Source: Heterodontus francisci (lineage: Eukaryota). From it: a stretch of 64,000 nt of DNA. The position numbers were made by a program, and so were the translations under genes. Positions 36,931 to 49,199 of this stretch are shown here, piece by piece (within the stretch, counting starts at the first letter, position 1; every line of letters begins with the position of its first letter). The DNA lies in assembly GCF_036365525.1 (NCBI RefSeq), contig NC_090397.1, positions 56,398,091-56,462,090 on the forward strand, written 5' to 3'. The notes beneath the pieces are model-generated. The model had not been told where the DNA came from, did not search any database, and saw only the letters and a list, made by a program, of their open reading frames with translations.

Positions 36931-37870
36931 CAAAATGATTCCTGACAACGCACCGGCCCACTGACGTCACCAGAGTGCACCAAGCTGCACATCTGCACAG
37001 CTACATCTTGCCAGGACTTAGTGGCACATGAGCAGGATGACATCATCCCGTATTCGGGCCAGGTCCATCTTCGCGCATACGTGATAAAGCGTCATCGGGT
37101 ATCCAGCCCCCACTTCGCTGGAGGAAGCGGCTGAATGGGAGACTTTGAGGCTGGAGCTCAATCCCCCCTTGGCAATCACTCCAGGCCTTGACACTTCCTC
37201 CCTCAGCCACTCGCTCCACTAGGTGGCGCAGTACTGGCACATGCGCAAATGTAGCCTCATTGACAGAAACCGCACTATCTGCAATGACAAAGGCAGCTGG
37301 CAGTAATAAAAATGGTGCTGCTATATTTGCCACAAAAAACGAATTGAACCCAAACGCCTCTCACCCCTCAATGGCTGCGATTGCCATCTCCAACCCCCCA
37401 AACCGAACCCTGCTCCCTCTCATGATTGCTGCTTCTGTTGCCCACTCCCTCCCACATCTTTCCTGCTCCCTCCCACTGTTCTCTCCTGCTCCCATCTGCT
37501 CGCCCCTCCCAAGTCTTCACCACTAGCCTCCCACTCGCTCTCCCTCCCCACCTTCCCCCGCCCCCCACCCCCCCCGCTTCTCTGGGTGGGGAGCAAGTGA
37601 TGGGAGGGAACAGCTGGATGGAGCAGCAAGAAGGCGGGTGCAAGAAGAAGCAGGGAAGAGTTGGGGGGGGGGGGTGGAGACAGTGATCGCATCCATTGAG
37701 GGATGAGGGGAGATTGAGTTCAATTAATTTTTTTGTCAAATTGAGCAGCACCAGTTTTATTACTGGCAACTGCCTGCGGCATCGCAGACAGTGACATTTC
37801 TGTCGAGGCTGCATTTGTGCATGTGCCAGTACTGCACCACCTACTGGTCGCATTGTCAGCAAACGCAGCC
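36931..37870. mobile_element. Mutator-like transposon copy 3 (rearranged)
   Basis: Starts CAAAATGATTCCTGACAACGC and ends TGTCAGCAAACGCAGCC; the left part resembles copy 1. No matching TSD. Internal inverted copy of the right subterminal region. Confidence 0.75.
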
Positions 37871-38063
37871 TATATGAAATACAGAGAATAAATATATAAA
37901 AACTGTAATGTTTTAGAATTTAAACGTAGAGGTGGATAAAAGCTGGATATGTAACTAACTGAATATCTGGTGCCCATTTCTGATTCCTACTTTTCCTGTG
38001 TTTTGTTAATCCACAGTAATAATACATATACTCATATTGAGAAATTACATTATTCTCATCCAG

Positions 38064-39160
38064 ATGCCAATCAAGGTTGCAAAACTCAACAGATTGCTTT
38101 GACAAGATGTCACATGAGAGGTCCAAAAGCAGCACAAGAACATAAGGAATAGGAGCAGGGGTAGGCCATTCGGCTCCTCAAGCCTGTTCCACCATTCAAT
38201 ATGATCATGGCTGATCTGATTGTGGCCTTAACTCCACTTCCTGTCTGACCCCACATAACCCTTGACTCTCTTGTAGCTCACTTGCCAGAATTGTGAATAT
38301 CATCTATCCAAATGAGTAGAGCATAATAGATGACATTATGAGGGCAAGTGCTTCCTATATTGTGAGAGAAGTGAAAGCTTCACAATTGCTGTCTTTGCCC
38401 CAGAAGGCTCCTTGAAACGGGCCCTGTTGGTAGGTGATGCAGGAGTGGGGAAAAGTTGGGCTGTGACTAGCATCCAGCAAGAGTGGGCGGCGTCTCAACT
38501 AAGTCAATCAGGTGCAGCATTGTTTTCAGATTCTGCAATTTAAATGGGATTGAAGGAAAGACCAGTCTACGGAAACTGCTGAAGAAGCAGTGAGCCATTG
38601 TCGTCAGTCCTAACAGAACTTCTGTGTAACCCTCAGGATGTGTTGATCATTCTGGATGAACTGGATGAATTTAATCATCAGTTGAAGTGGGATCCACCAG
38701 ACAGTGATTTTAACATGGACACTGAGGCTGAAGTAAATGTTCTCGTTTCCAAAATAATTTCTAGGGATCTCCTTCCAGCAGGTATTGGTTACCTCCCGAT
38801 GGAATTCCAAGCAAATAGATTCTAACAAAAAGTATTTTGATTGCATCCTTATTAATTCTGGGTTTACCAATCATCAACTGAGCAGATATTGTGAAATGTT
38901 TCTTCAGGAAAAGGAAAGAGCAGCAGAAAATGAAACCATCACCTGCCTGGCTTCGAATCCCCTCAACAGTTACATCCTGTGCAATATTTTGGACAGATGT
39001 AGCTGCTGTCCTGCGGCGATATGGATATGCCAATGACGCACAGCAATACATTCTTGCTGTTCCTTTACAGCCTGTTTAACTGCAATACAAATTCATCTGA
39101 AGAGATGGTAGTCGCTATCGATAACTCAGACTGAACAGGAAGTCAAATTACTTAAAGACA
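38064..39160 (+). pseudogene. Truncated, frameshifted NLR NACHT exon copy (paralog of 62467-~63484)
   Basis: Colinear with the intact copy, including the upstream intron (37871 onward vs ~62268 onward). Walker A GDAGVGKS and LIILDELDE are retained. Has 2-, 5- and 7-nt deletions, a repeat insertion at ~38135-38275, and ends at a Harbinger-derived element. Confidence 0.92.
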
Positions 39161-40030
39161 CTGGCCAGAATTTTACGCCACCCCAACGAGCAGCATGGTG
39201 GCAGGGGGGGCGTAAAGGGTTGATGTTGCATTTCACTGCTGTGACAGTGCTGGGCACCATTTTAACACCACAGCATCAGCGTTTATCTCAGACTTGCCCA
39301 TCATGCGTACCATTTCAAGGCAGCAGCCAAGCATTGATCATGCAGGGCTTCCACATTGCATCATGAGTACACAAAAAACCTCCCTTGGCACATAAACGAT
39401 TAGAAGAATGAGGAATGCCCCTTACCCGGGCAGAGCGAAGCAGGTCATTGAGGCGCTTGCGGCACTGTATCTACGTATGCCTCACTACGCCTTGGCTGCT
39501 GACCTCCTCTGCAACCTCCAGCCAGGCCCTCTTGGTCACTTTGGAGGGTCTCCTTCTCCCATCTGAACTGAATAGAATGTCTCTCCTCTCAACTGCCTGC
39601 AGAAGGATCTGCAGTGAATCGTCAGAGAATCGGGCAGCAACGCAATTGCTTCTGCCCTCCATCACCTCTACCAGTCATATTGTTATCTCCCAGTCTTACT
39701 GTGTTTCAAGGTATGGAGCCTTTGAAATCTCCAGAACTTATGACACTTGTATCTGCCTTGACATCCAATGAAGAACTCACTGCTCTGTTTAACTTCAATA
39801 CTCCTTTATATAGGGCTTACAATCAGCCTTCCGCGTATGTGGCCCCGCCCCCAATGATGCTGAAGTTCCCGCCCGCGCGCGCCATTTCTTCTTGGAGTTA
39901 CGCCGCGGGCCCGCTGATTAGGTGATCAGCTCGTGATACCGGTGGCCAGGCGACGTGGAGCGGGATCGGGGGCCTGATCCGCTTCGAGCGCATCGGCCCC
40001 GGAGCCACAGGTAAGCGCAAAATTCTGGCC
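39161..40030 (-). mobile_element. Deleted Harbinger element retaining a Myb/SANT-like fragment
   Basis: TIR GGCCAGAATTTT / AAAATTCTGGCC; ORF 39471-39665 ARFSDDSLQILLQAVERRDILF...KRAWLEVAEEVS. Confidence 0.8.
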
Positions 40031-40849
40031 AATGAGTCAGTATTCGACACAAAATGAAACTCTTTGAGATTCTGCAGTAAGTCTGAAATCCATTTGGTGT
40101 TGATGTTTAATTTAAACCAAGCTCCTATAGATGACATGTCAATGACTAACCCATTCCACCATCATGTCCCTAAGGTTGCCAGTTTTTGATTTTGCTCCCT
40201 ACAAATACCTGTGGTAGTTTGCATAATTAAAATCCATGTTACTTATTCATCAGCTTTCTGTGCCTTTGGTTGTCTTGCACCTCAGCCTCGTTTCTGCCTT
40301 TTTCTTTATATCCCTGCTGTACTGTTTCCCTGATACCCCCTCCCTCCCTCAGCTCGATATCTCTTCTATTTTCTACCTCACGATCTCCAGCCCCTTTTTT
40401 GCTGTGAGCTGGTTGTGAGGCCAGTGCATCTCCAAAGGGAAGCAGGAGGTCATCTCCCTCCCCAGGGAATTAGCTAGACGCCAGTTTGGATGGAAACTTT
40501 ACCGAAATCACAATTGATAATTTCAGCTTATCTCATGACTAAACGACGTTTGCTTAATTTAGATCACCTCAGCTCGAGTTGGCCTCTTTAAAGGAACAGA
40601 ACCCTGGGAGCAAGATTCCAACTTGGGTGGGGACGTGCAAAGGGTTCGGTTATAATACATCATGCCCAATTTTCCTTCAGGTTCTTTTTCTGTTTTCCTT
40701 TACCTTCAAGATTGCCAAGCTCAGGTGTCTCTGCCTGAAGTGAAGCTCACCAGCTCGGGACTTTCTTCCTGCTGGGTTGGTCTATGCTATACATGTGGAC
40801 GTTGGCTAAGAACAGCAAAGGGCTCAATTATCATGTGCCCCATGATAAA

Positions 40850-41520
40850 ATAGCGCGCCAAGACTCCCTAAGTTAAATTCTGCAATTGTGCGCTCTGAGC
40901 ATAGAGACAGCGGGCGGGCAGGCGGGCGCGGGGGAGACAGCGGGCGGGCGGGCGGGCGGGCAGGCGGGCGCGGGGGAGACAGCGGGCGGGCGGGCGGGCG
41001 GAGGAATGTGTTCCCGCACCCGCCGCTCTCTCGCTGACGTCATCAGACAGGTGATGGTGTAATGACCGGAAGTAGTCGGTGAGCGGTTGATGGCGCAGTT
41101 TGAACGGTTGTGTTTACAATATGAATTTGTCCGAATGACAGAATCAGGAAAGGAAGAGTAACATGGTATCGTGAATGTGTAACATTTGTAAAGTTTTCTG
41201 TCTGGTTGTCTATATTTTTTGTCAAGGATTAATGCTGAATATTTGTCTTGGGAGTGTTTCAAGTTAGTTTCACTTTTGCTCGCTCTTCCTCAAAAATATA
41301 ACAGTCGGCCCCGGATCCGCACCCACTTTCTCCCGGCTCTCTGTGCTCTCTTTCACACCCGTTTTCTATTTCTCGGGGGTTAGCGCCCGAAAATAAGATT
41401 GGGCAATTTATCGCTGAGTTCGTGCTTTTGTTGCGCCAGTAATCATTTTGATTGGGTTCTCCCGACAGGCCCCTCGTCCCAGTTCAGTTTTCAATTGCCA
41501 TTGGGCATATTGCACTGTCT
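40850..41520. promoter_or_regulatory. CpG-island promoter candidate, probably for gene B
   Basis: CpG-rich, not recognisably a TE. Tandem GGGCGG boxes at 40905-41001, CRE palindrome TGACGTCA at 41035-41042, ETS-like CCGGAAGT at 41066-41073 followed by donor-like gtgagc, three ATTGG boxes (41398, 41451, 41500). The gene B leader exon has an acceptor 3 nt before its ATG, so an upstream non-coding exon is expected. Confidence 0.65.
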
Positions 41521-42124
41521 TTGGAGTCTATGAGGAGGTGGTGGTTGGTGAGGGTTTTGTCTCTATGCTGTGGAGTGGGATCACACGTTTTGCACTTGGA
41601 TCTTTGAGGCCTTCCGCAACCAGTGGACACCACAGGTTAACTGTCTTATTGACCATGTTAATGTCGCTGTGAGTAGGTGTTAGCCATGGCTCAGGGGAAA
41701 TACCATCACCTTTGAGAAGGACGTGGCTGCAAACCCCATTCCAGAGGATTCAGTTCCTAATCTAGGCTGACAATCCGGTGCAGAACTGAGAGAGTGTTGC
41801 AAAAAAGGATTTGCATTTATATAGTGACTTTCACGATTCTAGGGCAAAGAACTTTACAGAAGTACTTTTTGAAATTTGTCACTGTTGTAATGTAGGAAAT
41901 GGGGCAGTCAATTTGAGCACAGTAAGCTCGTGCAAATGGCAATTTGACAATGACCAGATAATATATTTTTGTAATGATGATAGAGGAATAAACATTGGCC
42001 AGGATATCAGGGGGAACATCTTCATTGTTCTTCAAAATAGTGTCATGTGATCTCTTACATCCACTTTAGCAGAAGGGACTTTTATTTAACATCTCGTCCA
42101 AAAAAAACCTCTGACAGTTCAGCA

Positions 42125-42372
42125 CTCTACTCTATAATTACCTGGTTTATCCCTACTACCTTTCTTGAATAATGGTACCACATTCGCTGTCTTCCAGTCC
42201 TCTGGTACCTCTCCTATGGCCAAAGAGGATTTGAATATTTGTGTCAACGCCCCTGCTATCTCCTCTCTTGCCTCACATAGCCGCCTGGGATACATCTCAT
42301 CTGGGCCTGGGGATTTATCCACTTTTAAGCCCACTAAAACAGCTAATATTTCCGCCCTTTCAATGCTAACAT
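42125..42372 (-). mobile_element. CR1 LINE internal fragment
   Basis: LKVDKSPGPDEMYP...VPEDWKTANVVPLFKKG.RDKPGNYR. Confidence 0.85.
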
Positions 42373-42379
42373 GGCCTGA

Positions 42380-42995
42380 CTTCACCCCTGCCTCAGCTCA
42401 TCTGCTGCCGAAACCCTTAGCCATGCTTTTGATACCTCTAGACTTGGCTATTTCATTGCACTCTTGGCCGGCCTCCTACATTCTACCCTCCCTAAACTTG
42501 AGGTCACCCAAAACTGTGCTGTCCGTGTCCTAATTTGCACCAAGTCCTGTTCATCTCGCACCCTGTGCTCACTGAACTACATTGGCTTCCAGTTAATTAA
42601 TGTCTGGATTTTAAAAGACTCATCCTCGTTTTCAAGAACCTCTATGGCCTTGCCTCTCACTTTGTCTGTAATATCTTGCAGCTCCACAACCTCTGAGAAA
42701 TCTATGCTGCTCTAATTCTGACCTCTTGAGCATCCCTGCTTTTAATTGCTGCACCATTGGTGGCCGTGCTTTCAGCTGCATAGGCTCTAAGTTCTGGAAT
42801 TCCCTTCCTAAACCCCTCTACCTTGCTTTCCTCCTTTAAGACTATCTCTGAAACCTACCTCTTCGACAAAGATTTTGGTCATTCGCCCTAATATCTGCTT
42901 GAATGGTTTGGTGTCATATTTTGTTTTAAAATGTTCCTGTGAAAGCCCCTTGGGACGTTTTATTACGTTCGAGGCGCTATATAAATACAAGTTTT
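42380..42995 (+). mobile_element. L2-like LINE 3' fragment
   Basis: Tail ...GGCGCTATATAAATACAAGT; decayed QN.A.R, LHWLP remnants. Confidence 0.7.
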
Positions 42996-43179
42996 TGTTG
43001 GTGTTCTGGCTGTTAATTATCTGTCAACAAACATCATTAAAACAGATGATCTAGTCATATATCTCAATGCTGTTTGTGGGACTTCGCTGCGTGTAAATTG
43101 TCTGCTGCGTCTCTGAAATTACAGCATTAACTCCACTTCAAAAAGTACTTCAATGGCTCCCACCACTCTCAATGGCTTC

Positions 43180-43810
43180 TCCTTCTTAGGCGGTCCCTCG
43201 GGATCTAGGATAACTTGCTTCCACTCTGGTTCAGTGGGTTCTCAGATGGCTGGTAAGTCCAATGCGTGATCTGCAGGCTCTGTCACATGAGGGGCTGGTG
43301 GTGCTTGAACGGTCAGGTCGATGAGTAGTTTGCAGGTTTGTGCGGTCCCGCTGATGTTTCACCGTCACTTTCACATGTTCCTGACAAAGTCCCTCGAAGT
43401 GAATAATGCCTTCCCAAATGAGCTTTCTCCATCAAGGATGGTCATGAGCCAGGGGCACCCACAAGTTGACAGGGATGTTTGATCTCTTCAGGGATGCTTT
43501 GAGGACATCTCAGAAGCGTTCTCCTGGGAGTCTCCTGCTGTGACCAAGTTCTGCATAGAACAGCTGCTTCAGGAGTCTGGTGTCAGGCATGTGAACGACA
43601 TGTCGCACTCAGTGGAGCTGGTTTTGGGTGATTAGCTCCCTGATGCTGGGCAGGTTGGTTTGGGAGAGGACACTGCTGTTGGGTCGCCTTTCTTGCCACT
43701 GGATTTGAAGGATCTTGCAGAGGCACCTCTGGTGGTACTTCTCCAGTGCTTTGAGGTTTCTGCTGTAGGTTGTCCAAGTCTCCGAAACATATATAAACTC
43801 TCAACGGCAG
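43180..43810 (-). mobile_element. RTE-clade LINE 3' fragment
   Basis: Minus strand LEKYHQRCLCKILQIQWQERRPNSSVL...HVVHMPDTRLLKQLFYAEL. Confidence 0.7.
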
Positions 43811-44074
43811 TCTTTGATGAACAAAATGGGTCACCCAGCAGGATGCCCATGATTAAACACTCCGTTTCACCTGGTGATTCCTATAAGTTGGAGTAGCACA
43901 GCATTTACTCTTTTTAGATGAAGTCCTCAGCGAATTTCTGGACTAAATGTTTTTGAGTGTTAAAGTCTTGATAATGTTTCCCAAAATGAACACTAGCAGG
44001 CATTTTGAGTGGCAGTCAACCCCTTAACGAGCCTCTGAGTGGCCGTTCCTATTGCACACTTCAACTCCTTTAGC

Positions 44075-44705
44075 AAATGGTAGGTTGGCCTTCTTAGCAA
44101 GAGAATTCGAGTACAGGAGCAGCGATGTCTTGCTGCAATTATACAGGGCCTTGGTGAGGCCACACCTGGAATATTGTGTGCGGTTTTGGTCTCCTTATCT
44201 GAGGAAGGATGTTCTTGCAATAGAGGGAGTGCAGCGACGGGGGGTTACCAGACTGATTCCTGGGATGGCGGGACTGACATATGAGGAGAGATTGAGTCGG
44301 TTAGGATTATATTTGCTGGAGTTCAGAAGAGTGAGGGGGGAATCTCATAGAAACCTATAAAATTATAACAGGACTTGACAGGGTAGATGCAGGAAGGATG
44401 TTCCCAATGGTGGGGAGTCCAGAACCAGGGGTCATAGTCTAAGGATACAGGGTAAACCTTTCAGGACTGAGATGAGGAGAAATTTCTTCACCCAGAGAGT
44501 GGTGAGCCTGTGGAATTCGCTACCCCAGAAAGCAGTTAAGGCCGAAACATTGTATGTTTTCAAGAAGGAGTTAGATATAGCTCTTGAGGCGAAAGGGATC
44601 AAAGGATATGGGGGGAAAGCGGGAACAGGTTACTGAGTTGGATGATCAGCCATGATCATAGTGAATGGCGGAGCAGGATTGAAGGGCTGAATGGCCTCCT
44701 CCTAT
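44075..44705 (+). mobile_element. CR1 LINE 3' fragment
   Basis: LYRALVRPHLEYCVRFWSPY...YEERL and 3' tail. Confidence 0.88.
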
Positions 44706-45249
44706 TTTTTAATTTTTTTTATATTTTACGATGGTGTCTAGCGCTAAATGCAGGCTAAACTGGCATTTCAGCTCACGTCTCCAACTTACTCACCTCGGAG
44801 ACTTTAGCATCTCAACGCGCTGCTGAAAACCCCCCGTCCCACCCCACCCAACCCTTGTTTCTCCACCTCCCTCTCCTGTTTTAAGACAATCCTTAAAAAC
44901 TATCCGAACAAGCATTACTTCTGTGCCACCTCTTTTTGCTAGAACAATCCACAACTCACCCCACTTCTCTGCTCTCCTAGAATGGCTGATATTTCAGGCA
45001 GAGAACTATTGGCACTTTGACGTTAACCAACTGGAAAGGCTTTTCTGTTGCGCTCCACTCTTCAGGCACTTGGAGCTTTCTTAAGCTGCCAACAGTTTGC
45101 CAAATGTAACCATCCAAGGCAGCCACAGACCAATGCCCTGTGCCAATCCAAGACTGTCAACAGAGAGCCCTCAGAGGAGCTCCAAGAGCGAGTAAATCAG
45201 GCGAATAAACAGCAAGTAACTTACTTTCTTTAAGAAAAGCATTCTTCAT

Positions 45250-46840
45250 TCAGACAGCCTGTGGGCAACGGAGTGCGAGGAAATTAGTGAGTAGCTGGTG
45301 AGCTTTTTTTAATTGACGAGCAGGAGCTGAGAGCCAGATCAGAGATTTGAAAAGAGCAGTTTCTAAGGCTCTAAGCTAGGAAACTGTAACTTGCTATTAC
45401 TTTACTAAATAATTAACTTAAACTAGAAAAATTAATTAATATAACTAAATTAATAGATTCAGTTTTAAAAATTAATTAACTAATCAGATAAATAAAATTA
45501 ATAAGGTCAGACAGACATGGCAGGCCAGGTGGTCTGTTATAACTGCAGTATATGGGAGTTTGTGGTGAGCATTGCAATCCCTGACAACCATATCTGTGGT
45601 TAAATGTCTGAAGCTCGAGGAAGTTCAGCTCAGAGTTGTTGAGCTGGAGTCCAAGCAGCAGATATTGTGGAACATCAGGGAGGGGAAAGTTACCTGAACA
45701 CTTTGTTCCTGGAAGCAGGCACATTTCTTCCGTTAAGTAAAACATTAGAGTTGGTCAGTGGTCAGGTACAGATGGGTGTGACTGCGAGTCAGGCAGATAA
45801 GGAGTTCTAGGATATATTGATGAAGGACCCTTGGCTTTGACTACCAAGTATGAGATACTTGCTACCTCTGTGGATGTGACCAACGACTGAAGGATGAATG
45901 GGAAAACTGACCATAGCAGCATGGTGCAGGAGCACACTCAAGTGGGGGAGGTAAAAAGGAATATGATCGTGGTGGGGACAGTATAGACGGAAGAGTCTCT
46001 GCAGCAGCATTCAGGAGTTCCAAAGGTTGTGTTGCCTGCCTGTTGCCAGGTTTAAAGACATTACCTGTATCTCTAAACTAAACTACCTCGCAATTGGAAT
46101 GTGAGGGGGACGATCCAGTTGTTCTGGTCCATGTAGAAACCAATGACATAGGTAGAACAGATCAAATGGTTAAATGCTTGGCTGAAGGAGTGGTGGAGGA
46201 AGCAGTGGTTTTGCTTCATGGGCCACTGGCACCGGCATTGGGGAAAGACGGAGCTGTTCTGTCAGGATAGGCTCCACTTAAACCGGAATAGGACCAATGT
46301 CCTGGCAAATCGAATAACAAGGGCAGTAGACAGGCTTTAAATTAATAAAGGCGGCGGCAGGGGGTGAGCGGCGCAGGCCAGGTGGATTCAGGAATTAGTA
46401 AATTCAGAAGAGCAAGGGGACTGTCAAGGCTCTGGAGCATAACAGCGTTTTGGGTAAAAAAGCAGAGTGGGTCAGGATGAGAGAGAGCAACCAAGTTAAT
46501 AGGGCATTAGTGTCTAAGGTGACATCACGGAAAATTTAGAAAGATGTTAAAGCTAAAGGCAGTTTATCTGAATGCATGAAGGATTTGGAACAAATTAGAC
46601 GAATTAATAGCATATGGAGAAATTAATATGTTTGAGCTAATAGCCATTACGGAGACGTGGTTGCAAAGTGACCAAGATTGGGAACGAAATATTCCAGGAT
46701 ACTTATCTTTTAGAAGAGATAGGCAAAAGAGAAAAGGAGGAGGGGTATCCCTGATGAAGGGATGAAGACAGTAGACAGAAGGGATCTTAACTCAGAAGTA
46801 AAGTAGAATCAGTTTAGGTGGACGAAAGAAACAGCAAGCG
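45250..46840 (+). mobile_element. Decayed CR1 LINE 5' part (ORF1 and endonuclease start)
   Basis: Remnants: zinc-finger/coiled coil, VCCLP, VHV.TNDIG, LHLN..GT (SGNH-esterase-like), YLNA, IAITETWL, FRRDR...GGGV. Confidence 0.7.
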
Positions 46841-47011
46841 GGAGTGAACCTTTCGACTTAAGGCACCAGTGAAATTTGGCATTATGAAGCACCTATCATC
46901 TGCTCTTTATTATCAGTCACCTAGGATTCGCATTGCCAAAAATCTTGAAAAATGCTTGGAAATGAAATCTGGTAACTCATTCTATTTTCATGGGTTTTTA
47001 TTTTCCAGACA

Positions 47012-47072
47012 ATGGTAAATCCACTGTACAGCACACAGTTGTCACTTCTGTTTCTCCAGCAGTTTCTTTTAG
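47012..47072 (+). CDS. Exon: signal peptide (gene B)
   Basis: ttttccag|acaATG ... G|gtaagt; MVNPLYSTQLSLLFLQQFLL; phase 1 matches the V exon. Confidence 0.8.
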
Positions 47073-47274
47073 GTAAGTGCTTTGGCTTTATTGAGGAACT
47101 TTGTGTCAGTGTGTAATCCGCTGTCTGGTTGGTTGTCATAAGATATGCAGTTGACCTAAAGTCAATTATTTTTTTCTTTATTGGTTATTTATTGATTACT
47201 TCACAAATGTTCCTGCTGCCCAACAATATCATGAAGAATAATACTCTGTGGGCGTGTCTCCCTACTTACCCTGT

Positions 47275-47630
47275 GGGCGGCACAGTGGCGCAGTGGTTAG
47301 TACCGCAGTCTCACAGCTCCAGCGACCCTGGTTCAATTCTGGGTACTGCCTGCGTGGAGTTTGCAAGTTCTCCCTGTGTCTGCGTGGGTTTTCTCCGGGT
47401 GCTCTGGTTTCCTCCCACAAGCCAAAAGACTTGCAGGTTGGTAGGTAAATTGGCCATTATAAATTGTCCCTAGTATAGGTAGGTGGTAGGGAAATATAGG
47501 GACAGGTGGGGATGTGGTAGGAATATGAGATTAGTGTAGGATTAGTATAAATGGGTGGTTGATGGTCGGCACAGACTCGGTGTGCCGAAGGGCTTGATTC
47601 AGTGCTGTATCTCTAAACTAAACTAAACTA
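47275..47630 (+). mobile_element. HE1-type SINE
   Basis: Same consensus, (CTAAA)n tail. Confidence 0.88.
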
Positions 47631-48733
47631 CCCATTCTGTCCAGATTTATTCTTCTCTCCTGTTTTATTACTTAAGCTACTTTTACTTTATTTCTAACTA
47701 ATCAGCCTAATTCTAACATTACTTCATTTCTTTTGATTCATATGTTAAACATTATCTAATATAGACTGTGAATAGGAAGCAAGAGAAGATGGATATGAAA
47801 TCAGTGAGTCTGGAGAGAGGTTGAGGTCAGCAGAAATTCGTTTTGCACTGATTTATGAAATAGACGCCCAGAAAACCAGTTAATGCAATTTTTGATTCTT
47901 TCCTTCTAAAAGAACACAGGATAAATGCCTTTTGAACAATGGGGCTATAGGTTAAAAGGTTAAGCACAACTCTCGAAAGAACTTGCTTTTATATAGCACT
48001 GTATCACTTCTTTCCAGAAATCCTGAATGCTGAACATCCAGAGAGTTTTAAGGTGCAATCACTGTTCCTATGTGGACAAATGTGGCACCCAATTTCTGTA
48101 TAGCAAGATCCCACATACAGCACATGAGATGAATGACCAGTTAATGATGTTTTGTTGGTGTTGGTTAAAGGCAGAGAATTGCTCAAGACAGCAGGTGAAC
48201 TCCCTGTGTTCCTTCAGATTGTCTCTGGAAGCTTTTACATCCACTTGAATTGCCAAATCAAGTAGATAGGGCCTCAGTTTAATATCTGAATGACGGCATC
48301 TCTCTGTGATACACTAGAGTGTCAGCCTAGATTATGCACTCAAATCCTGAAATAGGATTTGTACCTGTGCATAGTGACCAAATACTCCACAACCCAAGTA
48401 CTGTTGGTACCGTGGTTGAGTAATTATGATGTTTCAGCTGGGTAGAGTTCAAAATGCAGATTGGGAGGTTGGATTAATGCTTTTCATTTTGACTTATTCC
48501 CTATAGTGGAGAGAGAGTTTTTACAGTTTTCTCTTGCAGATTGACCACCCTCAGGAGATAGAGTGGGTTGGGTGGAATCCATCACCCAACAGATTGCACA
48601 TGGAATGGACCAAATGACCATTTCTTGTTTCATGCTTCCTGTGGCTTCTGGAATCAATAAAAAAAAAGTGATTTTAGTGGCTTCACGCTTGTCTGTAAAA
48701 TAATGTATATTGTATGTCCTATATTTTTATTAG

Positions 48734-49081
48734 GTGATGGATCTCTCTCTCGGGCCTATGGAATTTTAGGTGAAGACACGATGCTGCCCTGCACCTTTCC
48801 TGCAGCAGCTATGTTCAATCTGCAGGATCTTGTCATCAACTGGCAACGGTCAGACAGTAGAACTGTGGTTCACAGCTTCTATAGTGAGGAAAACCATTCA
48901 AAGTATCAGGACCCAGCATTCAGGGGCCGGACTGAGCTGTTTCCGTGGGAATTCCCCAAAGGGAATGCTTCTCTTAAACTGAAAGGAGTGACTGTATCAG
49001 ATATGGGGAAGTATACCTGCTACGTGATTCAAGAGGACGGGAAGGGGTTCATTGAGAATGTGGTGGAACTGAAATTGCATG
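48734..49081 (+). CDS. Exon: B7/butyrophilin-family IgV domain (CD276/HHLA2/VTCN1-like) (gene B)
   Basis: tttttattag|GT ... G|gtgagc, phase 1-1; GILGEDTMLPCTF...LVINWQ...VVHSFY...YQDPAFRGRTELFPWEFPKGNASLKLKGVTVSDMGKYTCYV is the typical B7-family V signature. Confidence 0.93.
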
Positions 49082-49199
49082 GTGAGCACATGGACACCTC
49101 CCAACTGTCAATAAAAGGACATTTAGAGTTTTGTTCAGGGAATTGTGCTTGGGTCGGGAGTCAAAGACATCTGACATTTGTCCCCATAATCTAATTTAT

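Noticed and set aside
47275-47350. tRNA genes at SINE heads
   Set aside because: tRNA-like A/B boxes continue into the SINE body and LINE-like tail in all copies.
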